Source: Chloroflexota bacterium (GTDB lineage: Bacteria; Chloroflexota; UBA11872; VXNJ01). Taken from it: a stretch of DNA of 64,000 bases. Of this stretch, positions 47,431-57,830 are shown piece by piece. The notes beneath the pieces are model-generated. The model was not told the DNA's origin and did not search any database. It saw only the letters and a program-made list of their open reading frames with translations. The stretch is taken from NCBI GenBank assembly GCA_965218195.1, contig OZ244593.1, forward strand, positions 2,853,908-2,917,907, in the 5' to 3' direction. A program made the position numbers and the translations under genes. Every line of letters begins with the position of its first letter. The first letter of the stretch is position 1.

Positions 47431-49779
47431 ATGCGTAGGCTGTTGTCCGCGGCGCTCGCCGTCGGACTCCTTTTCTTAGTGGCCGTCGGTATAGCCACCG
47501 CCCACGAGGACCACACCACCGACCAATGGCCGACGACATGCGTCGACCTCAACGACGTCGTCGAGACGCATCTCGGTAATCATGGCAACGTCGGCATCTA
47601 TCAGCGGACCTTCGGCGATCAGGCCGAAGCCGCCTGCCAGAACGACCACCGCAACGACGTGATAGCCGTGTTCGGCTGGGCAATAGCCGAGGAGGCCGGT
47701 GCACGTAGCTCTGACTTGGAGCTTGACTGGCCCACGACCTGCGTCGAGCTAAACGACATCGTGGAAGGTCACCTAGGCAATCAGGGCAACGTCGGCATCT
47801 ATCAGAACACCTTCGGCGATCAGGCCGAAGCCGCCTGCCAGAACGATCACCGCAACGACGTGCGATCGGTCTTTGCTTGGGCCATCGGAACGACCGACAC
47901 CGGTCCGCCGGCAGCTTCCGCCCACCGATTTATTGCAGTCAGCGCTGGCGCATATCACACGTGTGCGCTGCGCGAAGGCGGCGAGCCGGTGTGCTGGGGG
48001 GCTGAAGCGGCAAAGAGCGAGGAGCTATACATCCCAGACCGTCAGCTCGGTCAGGCGTCTCCGCCTGAAGGCGAGCGGCTCGTGGCGATAAGCAGTGGTA
48101 GCTACCACACATGTGGGCTGCGCCACGACGGGACCGCAGTGTGCTGGGGAGCCGAACTCAACGATCGGGCTGAAACGTATCGCCAGGTGGGATTCGGCCA
48201 GACATCCCCGCCGGATGGTGAGGTCTTTCAGTCGATCGGCAGTGGAGAGTATCACACCTGCGGACTGCGCGAAGGGGGAGAAACGGTGTGTTGGGGGGCC
48301 GGATCACCGGCGCGCGAGGGTGAAGCCAAGCCCTACTACGACCGGGGTCAGGCGTCGCCACCTGAGGGTAAACGCTTCGCGACGATCAGTAGCGGCGGCG
48401 AGCACACATGCGCGTTACGCAGCGACGGTGGACTCGTATGCTGGGGAAGCGATCCGTTCTGGGAAATCGATACGATGCCGGGCGGGACGGTTCCGCGGGT
48501 CATAGCGCTGGACAGCATCGGTGCGCATACTTGCGGCATTCTGGAAGATGGGAGAGCCTTTTGCTATGCGGCGGACCGATCGGATGAGGTCAACCCTGGA
48601 CAGTCTCCGCCGAGCGATGAGCGGTTCGTATCCATCAGCGTGGGTTACCGTCACGGATGCGGGATCCGGGAGGACCGGACGATTCGCTGTTGGGGTGATA
48701 ACCGGGCGTCACCTTGGGGCGAAGAGTTCTTGTCGGTGAGCGCAGGCGGGCGGCACACTTGCGCCTTGCGCTACGACCACACGATCAAGTGCTGGGGGGA
48801 CAACTTGTACGGCCAAACCATCCATCCTGGGCAGATGACAGCCAGGCGGGCGGACGCGCGGTTTGCGGCTATCAGTCCCGGCAGGGACCACACATGCGCG
48901 CTCTTGGAAGATGGCGAAGTCGTCTGCTGGATACGCCTGGGGATGTTCTCTTCACCGTTTCCGGGAGAGCGATTCGTAGCGATCAGCAGTGGGTTTGACC
49001 ACACTTGCGGGCTCCGCGAGGATGGCACAGTCAGGTGTCACGGGGACATTGCCTCTGACCATGGGCAGGCGTCGCCGCCCAAGGGCGAGCGGTTTAAAGC
49101 CATCAGCAGCGGGGCATATCACACCTGTGGGCTGCGCCAAGGGGGCGAAGCGGTGTGTTGGGGGACCAAGTTGCGGGTGCTCGAGGGTGAAGCGGGTTCA
49201 TACTTCGGCCGGGGACAGGCATCACCGCCTCAAGGCGAGCGTTTCGTGACGATCAGCAGCGGCGGATTTCACACATGCGCAGCGCGCGGAAATGGGAGCG
49301 TGGTCTGCTGGGGAACCGAGGATGAAAGCCAGACTCTCATTAGCTTCGAATACGGTCAATCCTCGCCGCCGGCGGGTGAAGTCTTCGATTCCATAACCAG
49401 TGGCAGATTCCATACGTGCGGGCTGCGCAAGGACGGTACCGCGACATGTTGGGGCCGTGATGAGGAGGGGCAATCGTCGCCGCCAGCGGGTGAAGTCTTC
49501 GATTCGATAAGCAGCGGCGCGTTCCACACGTGCGGACTGCGGAAGGACGGAACGGCTGTATGTTGGCGCCGGCCTGCCTTTGGACAAGTGTCGCCGCTAA
49601 GCCAGGAGCGTTTCGCGGCGATTAGCAGCGGGGGGTTGCAAACATGCGTTATTCGAGGCGACGGGACGGCGGTCTGCTGGGGCGATAGATACCTCGACAT
49701 GCTCGGCAGGTTCACGCTGTTCGATGCCTTGGAATTTGCAGGACCCGACCGCCGCGGGATCACAACAGCAGCCCGATGA
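47431..49779 (+). CDS. Secreted RCC1/BLIP-II-like repeat protein with duplicated N-terminal Cys/His domain
   Basis: Signal peptide; ISSGxxHTCGLRxDGxAVCWG..GQASPP repeats. Confidence 0.88.
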   Translation: MRRLLSAALAVGLLFLVAVGIATAHEDHTTDQWPTTCVDLNDVVETHLGNHGNVGIYQRTFGDQAEAACQNDHRNDVIAVFGWAIAEEAGARSSDLELDWPTTCVELNDIVEGHLGNQGNVGIYQNTFGDQAEAACQNDHRNDVRSVFAWAIGTTDTGPPAASAHRFIAVSAGAYHTCALREGGEPVCWGAEAAKSEELYIPDRQLGQASPPEGERLVAISSGSYHTCGLRHDGTAVCWGAELNDRAETYRQVGFGQTSPPDGEVFQSIGSGEYHTCGLREGGETVCWGAGSPAREGEAKPYYDRGQASPPEGKRFATISSGGEHTCALRSDGGLVCWGSDPFWEIDTMPGGTVPRVIALDSIGAHTCGILEDGRAFCYAADRSDEVNPGQSPPSDERFVSISVGYRHGCGIREDRTIRCWGDNRASPWGEEFLSVSAGGRHTCALRYDHTIKCWGDNLYGQTIHPGQMTARRADARFAAISPGRDHTCALLEDGEVVCWIRLGMFSSPFPGERFVAISSGFDHTCGLREDGTVRCHGDIASDHGQASPPKGERFKAISSGAYHTCGLRQGGEAVCWGTKLRVLEGEAGSYFGRGQASPPQGERFVTISSGGFHTCAARGNGSVVCWGTEDESQTLISFEYGQSSPPAGEVFDSITSGRFHTCGLRKDGTATCWGRDEEGQSSPPAGEVFDSISSGAFHTCGLRKDGTAVCWRRPAFGQVSPLSQERFAAISSGGLQTCVIRGDGTAVCWGDRYLDMLGRFTLFDALEFAGPDRRGITTAAR

Positions 49780-50310
49780 CGGGAACGCAGGCGAGCCTGT
49801 ACAGGGAGCCAAGATTGGACCGCCGATTGTCTTAATCCCGCCACCAGAACGTCGGTGGGGCGGCTTGGCAGTGGGAGCGGGCAGTCGGTAGCCGAAGAAC
49901 TGCGGGACTTGAATGGGCCGGGCGTCTGCGGGTTCAGCAATAGTCGTTGGCCCCTAAACTCCGGGCGATTATCGGCGCGCATCTCTTCCGGGCTGGGCGT
50001 GGCTTCTGTCAACTCGTAGGCGAGAGTTCTGTCCCGACCAGGTCTGGATCTGTGTAGCAATCGGCCGGGGCGTGCACTCCGTTCGGCTGATGCGCACGGT
50101 GACTCAGAGTTGTCCCGGCCTCGCCTTCAGTGGGTCATTCTTACACCGGCGATGACACTAACTGCGGAGTTCCAAATTGTCAGCGCAAAGTGATGGATTC
50201 CGCGACGGCAGCAGCTTACGTCAGGGCCGGTATCGAGGTTGGCGGTGCGCGTAACCGGACGCTACCAACCGCTACCTGAAGCACCTCCCTCACCCGGGTC
50301 TATCGGCCGG

Positions 50311-52557
50311 TCAGCACCCGGGTAAGCCCGTTAGATGGAAGTCGTTGTACGTGATTCTTAGGACTCGATTAGGTATGCATCCAGTAAACCGGTTGTGAGA
50401 GAGCATTAGGGACCCCAGGTTGCTCAACTCACCAAGCTCCCGCGGGATCTCACCCGTCAGTTGGTTGTGATCCAGACTCATCGCTATCAGTTTGGTCATC
50501 CCCGCCAACTCGGGCGGGATCTCACCGGTCAACCTATTCTCAGAGAGATACAAACCAGTGAGGTTTGACAACCGGCCCAGTGCCGGCGGTATCTCGCCCG
50601 ACAGTCGGTTATGCCCCAGACTCATCGTTATCAGTCTGAACAACCCCCCCAACTCGGGCGGTATCGCTCCGGTCAACCCATTCTCAGAGAGGAGCAAAGA
50701 AGTGAGGTTTGACAGCTGCCCCAGTGTCGGCGGTATCTCGCCCGACAGTCGGTTACGCTCCAGGCTCAGCGTCGTCAGATAGATCAACCGACCCAACTCG
50801 GCAGGGATCGCTCCCGTCAATTCGTTCTGATTGAGTATCAGGAACCTCAGCTGGCTCAACTGCCCCAACTCGGCAGGGATCGCTCCCGTCAGCTTGTTCT
50901 TGGAGAGCGATAGCGCCGTGAGTTTGGTCAACTGACCCAACTCTACGGGTATCTCCCCTTGCAGGTTGTTTTCGTCAAGCCAAAGAGCGCTCAGCGCGCC
51001 AAGCTGCCCCAACTCCCCGGGTATCGCTCCCGTCAGCTCGTTATTGTAGAGTGATAGCACCTTGAGTTGGGTCAACCGGCTCAGCTCCACCGGAATCTCC
51101 CCTGTCAGCCGATTGTCGTTCAGCGACAAGGAATCCAGGCTGCTCAACTGCCCCAATTCGGCCGGTATCTCACCTGTCAACCGGTTTTCCCATAGATTCA
51201 GCCGCTCCAGACTGTTCAACCGCGCCAATTCCGCCGGTAGCGCCCCCGTCACATCGTTGGCGCCGAGATTCAGTTCACGCAGGCGCGTCAATCGCGCCAA
51301 CTCCGTCGGTATCCGGCCCGTCAACTCATTTTGGGTCAGGTCCAACACCCTCAGTTCGGTCAACTTCCCCAACTCCGCCGGTATCTGGCCCCGTAAGCTA
51401 CGTGACGAGAGACGAAGCTCTATAACCCGCAACGGCGAGCCGCCGACTACGACCCCTTCCCACTCGCGTATGCTCCTGTCGACGGACCAGTTCAACCCCT
51501 CGGGGCCGGCCACTGCGTGCCGGACTTGCAATAACGTCTTGCAGTCCTCTACTAATGCGGCGTTCGCCCTTGGATTCGAAACCGCCCGGCCTGTGGCGCA
51601 TGCGGCGATGTCGGGCGCCTCAGCCTCGGTGTCAGGCTCCGATGGGGCAGGCACAGGGAGCTCGAACCGCGGCAGGCTCTCAGCGCCTGCTACTGTGACC
51701 GGCGCCTTGGCCGCATCCGGGATGATCACGTTGCTCAGACTCTTCACCTTGTCCGGCAGGTTCTGCAGGCTCACGTGCCCCAACGCCGTACCCGGCGCCT
51801 CCACGTTCCATATCTCGAACACCGCCCGCTGCGCCCGCAGCATCTGCAACCCCTGCGGGTTGCCCTCGACTTCACGTTCCTCGTACCTGATCGGCAGCCC
51901 GTATAAGTTCAGCCAGTCAGCCTCTGCCAGAAACACGGCCTTGATCTTCGGGTTCGCGTCCAGGATCGCCAGGTGAACTTCCTTCACCTCGTCGAAGCTC
52001 AGTCCCGACGTGTCAAGCACTTGATGCCCAGGTACGTTGGGCAGCCCCACTCCCGGATAGTCGTTGGCGAGTGCGTCGAGCGTGTTGAAGTAGTTCATGC
52101 GCCCATTGCCCGGGTCCCATTGGAGGATCACCTTTTGGAACGCCTGCAACGTGAACGGTCCATCGACCCAGCGCTGGCTGATCGGATAGCCGATCGCCTG
52201 GAGATCCCTTTGGCGCACGAAGTCCCACATTGGAACGCCGTCGGCGTTGGTCACCGCGAACCCGTCGTTGGGATCGAGCGTGTCGCCGCCGGTGATGGTG
52301 AACAGGCATCCATCGGGCAGCGGGATGCCTTGGTCAGGCGCACACTCGATGCCCTGCGCCGAGACGACGGTCGCGGACATGAGCAGGCCGATCATCGCCA
52401 AGACCAGCGCCCCACGCATGCCCCACGCCCCTCTCACGACCTGGGCTCCGGCGCATGGTCGATGATCTGGACGCTCTAGGCGCACCCAACTTCGGTTAAA
52501 GAGCCGAGCAGCTTGGGACACCGACAAAGGCTTCGACACCAGTTGATCGCTACTCAT
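50311..52557 (-). CDS. Secreted plant-type LRR protein with Chloroflexi-type N-terminal domain
   Basis: GYPISQRW..QAFQK, YGLPI; Cys cap; NxLTGEIPxELG repeats; start may be MRGALV. Confidence 0.9.
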   Translation of the reverse strand: MSSDQLVSKPLSVSQAARLFNRSWVRLERPDHRPCAGAQVVRGAWGMRGALVLAMIGLLMSATVVSAQGIECAPDQGIPLPDGCLFTITGGDTLDPNDGFAVTNADGVPMWDFVRQRDLQAIGYPISQRWVDGPFTLQAFQKVILQWDPGNGRMNYFNTLDALANDYPGVGLPNVPGHQVLDTSGLSFDEVKEVHLAILDANPKIKAVFLAEADWLNLYGLPIRYEEREVEGNPQGLQMLRAQRAVFEIWNVEAPGTALGHVSLQNLPDKVKSLSNVIIPDAAKAPVTVAGAESLPRFELPVPAPSEPDTEAEAPDIAACATGRAVSNPRANAALVEDCKTLLQVRHAVAGPEGLNWSVDRSIREWEGVVVGGSPLRVIELRLSSRSLRGQIPAELGKLTELRVLDLTQNELTGRIPTELARLTRLRELNLGANDVTGALPAELARLNSLERLNLWENRLTGEIPAELGQLSSLDSLSLNDNRLTGEIPVELSRLTQLKVLSLYNNELTGAIPGELGQLGALSALWLDENNLQGEIPVELGQLTKLTALSLSKNKLTGAIPAELGQLSQLRFLILNQNELTGAIPAELGRLIYLTTLSLERNRLSGEIPPTLGQLSNLTSLLLSENGLTGAIPPELGGLFRLITMSLGHNRLSGEIPPALGRLSNLTGLYLSENRLTGEIPPELAGMTKLIAMSLDHNQLTGEIPRELGELSNLGSLMLSHNRFTGCIPNRVLRITYNDFHLTGLPGC

Positions 52558-53175
52558 CGCCCAGCCCCCTTCCAGTCGCCCGCCTTGACGAAAAGATACG
52601 CAGCAATCGCCTGTTGGTCGCCCTGTCTACACTCTTTCGTTGCGAGCGCCAAGTTCGACTTCTGCTTAGCTCTAGGCCGATATACAGCTCGTCAACCGGG
52701 TGCCGCTTCTGGCCTGACGAAAGCCAAGCGAAACTCTCCCTCCGCCGAGATGTGGAGCAGAGTCCCCAAACACCCTACAGGAGCGATGTGACAACGAGCG
52801 TGCAATAGAAGCCAGTTGTCTCCGTAGGGCTGTGCATTCTAGTCGTCCAACTCCGATCACCGATGATGGCACCGGGCTTCCGCAGGGCTGCAGGCTATAC
52901 CCCAGACTACGTTTTACCGCTATGAGTTGATAGGAGCCGAAGGGAGCCGCTGGATTACTCCCACTGCCAGCGCCTGCGATGCCTCCTCGCTACTTGCTGG
53001 CGCGCCGGCCTGGTAGATGCAGCCCCCCGACGACGGCTGCCGCTACGACGAAGATCAGCGCAGTGGCCGGCCTGCCTCGGTCCAACCCGCTAACGTCGTG
53101 CGTCTCTTCACGATGTTAGCTGCACGGACGCTTGCGGCACCTGGGCTCGTCTCGCTCGCTACACATACCCCACGC

Positions 53176-55170
53176 TCACTCGCAGTCCGGTAGATCGAGC
53201 TCGTGCAGATCGTTCGACTCGATCTCCCTTAACTCCGCCGGTATGCAGCCCGTGAACCGGTTGGAGCCCAGGTCCAATACCTCGAGGTTGGCCAACTGGC
53301 CGAGCTGCCGCGGGATGCTTCCATGAAGCTTGTTGCCGCGAAGCACTAGCTCGGTAAGCTCGCTGAGATCCCCCAGCTCTGGCGGTATCCCGCCGCTGAG
53401 TTGGTTGGAGCTAAGGTCCAAACGCTGCAGGTTCTTCAAGCTGCTCAACTCGGATGGGATCTCACCAACCAGCCCGTTGTAGCTCAGATCCAAGTCCTCG
53501 AGTTGCGTCAGCTTGCTCAACTCCGCCGGGATTCGTCCCACCAAGCCCCGCCGGCGCAACGTCAGTTCCTGTACTCGCCTCGGCGACCCGCCCACGTACA
53601 CACCGGTCCACTCGGAGATTGGCAGGTGGCCGCTCCAGTCCAACCCTACGTTACCGACGACCATGTTTCGGATCAGCAGCAGCGTCTCGCAGTCCCCCAC
53701 CAGGCCGGGGTTCTGGTCCGGGTCTGGGACGGCTACGCCCGACACACACCCAGTGACGTCCAACTGGCCCGCCCGCCCGCTGAGGCTATACACCGCCAGA
53801 ATCCGCAGGTCGCCGCCGTCCGGCGCCATGCTGTATAGCGCGACGTCGCCGTCGCGATACTCCCGCTCCGTGTCCTCAGTGGGCCAAGTCACTCCGAGTC
53901 CGACCGCGATCCGCGTCCCATCCGGTGACCAGGCAGCCACGCTGCCACTCCCCAAATCGACCGGCGATTCGCCCACCGGCGTCCCGTCCAAGTCCACGAC
54001 GCAGACCCGCAATCCGCACGTGTACAGCAGCCGGTCGCCCCCCGGCGACCACTCCAGCGTCGTGATCCACTTTTTGATCCCCTCCTCGTATTTCTCGTTT
54101 TCGACGAGCACCCCGTGCTCCCCTTCGTACCTGGGCGCCCAGCGTGGATCTATCGGCACCTTCCGCGCGTCCGTCCCATCGGCCGCCATCGTGTACAGCG
54201 CGATTTCGTCTCCCTCTTCCGTGGCGAACGCTATCCGTGACCCGTCCGGCGACCAGGCCGGCCCGCTCGCTGCCGCCCCCAGGCCCCGTACGTCCGAGCC
54301 GTCCGCTCGCATGGTGTAGATGGCCAGCGTCCGCCCGTTGGGCACCTCTCCCACCACCGCCAGCCGTGTCTCGTCGGGCGACCATTGCGGCGGGTGCAGC
54401 ACAACCTTGCCGTCGATCTCGAATTCCCGCCGTTGTGAGCCGTCCGCTGCCATCGTGGCAAGGTACCTGCCCCACCCCTCCCGGCCACTGAGGCCGCCAG
54501 TGAGAAACGCGACCCGCTCACCGCCCGGCGACCACGACGGATAGTTATCAAACAGCCGGTTCGCCGTCAGCCGCCGTGGCTCCGTCCCATCTACATCCAC
54601 CACGGCAAGCTCGTACCCGTACCTGCTCACGTGACGAGGCGACCGTTTCCATTCTCGCTCCGACAGCCCATTCTTCTCATACGCGCACGTGGCATAGACA
54701 ATCTGGTCGCCCTTGGGGGTGACGTCAAAGGACGTCATCTCCCCTGCAGTCGAGGCGAAGCCGGACTCAACCGTCGTGGTTGCGTCCGCCACCATCCTCA
54801 CCCGCGACCCGTCCGCCTCCGCCGCGTACACAACCGGTCCCAGACTGAACAGGATTGTCGAACCGTCCCCCCGCCACCGCACCGCGTTGTCCCAGAACCA
54901 CCCGTCGAGCCAAGGGGACGGACCTAAATTACAGGCCGAGAAGTAGTGCCCGTTAATGGCTTCCACGGTTCGCGTCGGACTGGGCGCGACCTCGAGATCA
55001 TCCGCAACGTCCTGCGCTGCGGTTCCCGAGACCGCATGCCCAGCCGTCCGGTCCCCAGGGCCTTCCGCCTCCGACAAATCACACCCGCCTAAGCCCACCA
55101 TTGCCAGCACGGCTATAGCGGCCAGCCTATTGAGATAGGGCCGCCAGTTCACCGCCGGCATCCCCTTCAT
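53176..55170 (-). CDS. TolB/PD40 + LRR lipoprotein
   Basis: LGGC lipobox, WSPDG repeats, NPGLVGDCETL cap, about 5 LRRs, LDLPDC end. Confidence 0.9.
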   Translation of the reverse strand: MKGMPAVNWRPYLNRLAAIAVLAMVGLGGCDLSEAEGPGDRTAGHAVSGTAAQDVADDLEVAPSPTRTVEAINGHYFSACNLGPSPWLDGWFWDNAVRWRGDGSTILFSLGPVVYAAEADGSRVRMVADATTTVESGFASTAGEMTSFDVTPKGDQIVYATCAYEKNGLSEREWKRSPRHVSRYGYELAVVDVDGTEPRRLTANRLFDNYPSWSPGGERVAFLTGGLSGREGWGRYLATMAADGSQRREFEIDGKVVLHPPQWSPDETRLAVVGEVPNGRTLAIYTMRADGSDVRGLGAAASGPAWSPDGSRIAFATEEGDEIALYTMAADGTDARKVPIDPRWAPRYEGEHGVLVENEKYEEGIKKWITTLEWSPGGDRLLYTCGLRVCVVDLDGTPVGESPVDLGSGSVAAWSPDGTRIAVGLGVTWPTEDTEREYRDGDVALYSMAPDGGDLRILAVYSLSGRAGQLDVTGCVSGVAVPDPDQNPGLVGDCETLLLIRNMVVGNVGLDWSGHLPISEWTGVYVGGSPRRVQELTLRRRGLVGRIPAELSKLTQLEDLDLSYNGLVGEIPSELSSLKNLQRLDLSSNQLSGGIPPELGDLSELTELVLRGNKLHGSIPRQLGQLANLEVLDLGSNRFTGCIPAELREIESNDLHELDLPDCE

Positions 55171-55176
55171 CCCCTA

Positions 55177-55263
55177 TCAATCCATCGTCTGGTACAGAGC
55201 GTAGATCGCCATCATGTCAAAGGCGGTCGGTGAACAGATCTCAAAACCCTGAGGGATAGCCAT
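55177..55263 (-). pseudogene. C-terminal remnant of metzincin protease gene
   Basis: MAIPQGFEICSPTAFDMMAIYALYQTMD aligns with CSPQPFDVMAMYVLYQMS of 63719-64000. Confidence 0.7.
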
Positions 55264-55312
55264 ACCTCAAAGTCAAGCCGTGTTCCCCTCATCGGCCTCT
55301 GGCTGTCGTGGC

Positions 55313-57577
55313 TCAGCGGTCCGGTCCCACGAACTCCAGGGTTGCGGACGGCGGCAGCACGCCCCGGTCACCGCCCCAACACAGGGCCGTGCCGTCATCC
55401 CGGATGCCGCAGGTGTTATACGTTCCACTGCTTATCGTGGCGAATCGTTCACCCTCGGGCGGCGATGCTTGTCCGTAGCCACCGCTGATCCTCTCGTCGT
55501 CGAGTCCCCAACATATGGCGGCTCCGTCCGTTCGCAGCCCGCACGTGTGTGCATGTCCGCTGCTCAGCATCATGAAGCGTTCGCCCGCAGGCGGCGACGT
55601 TTGGCCAACTGCAATGACCAGACTTCCCGAGAGGTAACTCACCTCATCCGCGCCCCAGCACACGGCGGAGCCGTCTTTGCGCAGGCCGCAGGTGTGAAAC
55701 CCGCCGCTGCTTATCGATGTGAAGACTTCACCTCCGGGCGGCGATGACTGCCCGTATTCGAGCGGAGCAAAGCTGTCGCTACCATCGTCTTCGTCGGCGC
55801 CCCAGCAGACTGCACTTCCGTCTCGTCGAAGCCCGCACGTGTGGTACCGGCCGCTGCTCAACGATGTGAACCGTTCGCTCTCCGGGGGCGTGGCCTGACC
55901 GAACTCGTCGTCGCCCCAACACGAGGCGGTTCCGTTCACGTGCAGCCCGCACGTATGCTTCCCGCCGCTGCTCAGCGATGTGAACTGTTCGCCCGCGGGC
56001 ACAGACGCTTGGCCGAAGTCGTATTCAAGGTCTGCGATGCATATGACCGTACCGTCCTCCCTCAGCCCGCAAGTGTGGAAAGGGCCACTGCTGATGGACC
56101 CAAAACGCTCACCCGGAAACGGTGACGAGAACATTCCCGAGCGTATCCAGCAAGCGACTTCGCCGTTTTGCGAGAGCGCGCAGGTGTGCTCCAGACCGGC
56201 GCTAATTGCGGCAAACCGCATGTCGAGCCCCCTGCTGATCTTCTGCCCGGGCTCTGTTGACTGGCCGTAGTTGTTATTGCCCCAGCAGTCGATCGTGTGG
56301 TCGTAGCGGAGCGCACACGTGTGCCGCCCGCCAGCGCTGACGGACAGGAACTTCTCGCCCCAGGGCGATGAGGATAAATCGCCCCAACAGGCGATTGTGC
56401 GGTCCTCCTGGATCCCGCAGCCATGACGGCTGCTGGCGCTGATCGCCACGAACCGCCGAGCTGTCGGCGGAGATTGTCCGGGGTTGACCTCGTCCGACCT
56501 TCCTCCCCCCCAGCAAAACGCCGAACCATCCTCGCGGACGGCGCACGTATGTCCATCGCCACTGGAGACGGCGATCAGACGCAGTCCCTCCCGCGACGCC
56601 TGACGCTCGCCGTACGGCTCGTGCCCCCAGCACACGATCCGGCCATCCTGGCGCAACCCGCAAGTGTGACCGCTGCCGCCGCTGATGGTCGCAAACCGTT
56701 CGCCTTCAGGCGGCGATGCTTGGCCGTAGCTGTTGGCGCCCCAGCACACCGCGGTTCCATCCTCGCGCAATCCACACGTGTGCGCCCCCCCGCTGCTGAT
56801 GACCGCGAACCGCTCGCCTTCGGGCGGCGACGCCTGGCCAAAGTCGTTCTGCCCCCAGCACACCGCGGTTCCATCGTTGCGAAGTCCACACGTGTGTAGC
56901 GCCCCGCTGCTGATCGCCACGAGCCGCTCACCCTCGGGTGGCGACGCCTGGCCGTAGTTACGGTCCGGGCTGTATACACCCTGGCTCTTGGACGCGTCGG
57001 CGCCCCAGCACACCGGCTCGCCGCCCTCGCGCAGCGCACAGGTGTGGTATCCGCCGCTGCTGACCGCTACGAACCGGTGAGCGGAAGGTGCCGGCGGAGC
57101 GGCGTCGGTCGTCCCGATGGCCCATGCGAAGACCGAGCGCACGTCGTTGCGGTGGTCGTTCTGGCAGGCGGCTTCGGCCTCGTCGCCGAACGTGTTCTGA
57201 TAAATGGCGACGTTGCCCTGGTTGCCGAGATGGCCCTCGACGATGTCGTTCAACTCGACGCAGGTGGTGGGCCAGTCAAGCTCCAGGTCAGCGGCTTCCG
57301 TTTGCCCACCGGTCTCGGTCGCTATCGCCCAGCCGAACACGGCTATCACGTCGTCGCGGTGGTCGTTCTGACAGGCGGCCTCGGCCTGATCGCCGAAGGT
57401 GTTTTGATAGATGCCGACGTTGTGGGGGTTACCGAGATGCTCTTCGACGATGTCGTTGAGATCGACGCAAGTCATCGGCCACTGGTCGGTGCTGTGATCC
57501 TCATGGGCAGTCGCTATAGCCACAGCGATGACGGATGCGATCCCGGCAACTAGCGCCGCTGATAACAGCCTACGCAT
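55313..57577 (-). CDS. Secreted RCC1/BLIP-II-like repeat protein, paralog 2
   Basis: Same architecture as 47431-49779. Confidence 0.88.
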   Translation of the reverse strand: MRRLLSAALVAGIASVIAVAIATAHEDHSTDQWPMTCVDLNDIVEEHLGNPHNVGIYQNTFGDQAEAACQNDHRDDVIAVFGWAIATETGGQTEAADLELDWPTTCVELNDIVEGHLGNQGNVAIYQNTFGDEAEAACQNDHRNDVRSVFAWAIGTTDAAPPAPSAHRFVAVSSGGYHTCALREGGEPVCWGADASKSQGVYSPDRNYGQASPPEGERLVAISSGALHTCGLRNDGTAVCWGQNDFGQASPPEGERFAVISSGGAHTCGLREDGTAVCWGANSYGQASPPEGERFATISGGSGHTCGLRQDGRIVCWGHEPYGERQASREGLRLIAVSSGDGHTCAVREDGSAFCWGGGRSDEVNPGQSPPTARRFVAISASSRHGCGIQEDRTIACWGDLSSSPWGEKFLSVSAGGRHTCALRYDHTIDCWGNNNYGQSTEPGQKISRGLDMRFAAISAGLEHTCALSQNGEVACWIRSGMFSSPFPGERFGSISSGPFHTCGLREDGTVICIADLEYDFGQASVPAGEQFTSLSSGGKHTCGLHVNGTASCWGDDEFGQATPPESERFTSLSSGRYHTCGLRRDGSAVCWGADEDDGSDSFAPLEYGQSSPPGGEVFTSISSGGFHTCGLRKDGSAVCWGADEVSYLSGSLVIAVGQTSPPAGERFMMLSSGHAHTCGLRTDGAAICWGLDDERISGGYGQASPPEGERFATISSGTYNTCGIRDDGTALCWGGDRGVLPPSATLEFVGPDR

Positions 57578-57830
57578 GTAGGACGCCTTGTCTTTGAATT
57601 GGCAATGCCCGAGCCTAAGCCTATCAGGCCGGAAAAACGTTCGACCCTCTGGTCAAGAGAAGCTCTACTCTATCGCGCACCATTGGCTGGCTCGGCTGCC
57701 TGTCCCGCCGAATTGACCTGCTCTGACGGTACGTATCACGAGCAATTCAAGCGCTACGAGCATCGGTATACGCTCGCCGGGCAGGACGGTGGCTGGCAGC
57801 GCTGATGACGATGATGAGTGAAGGGATACC

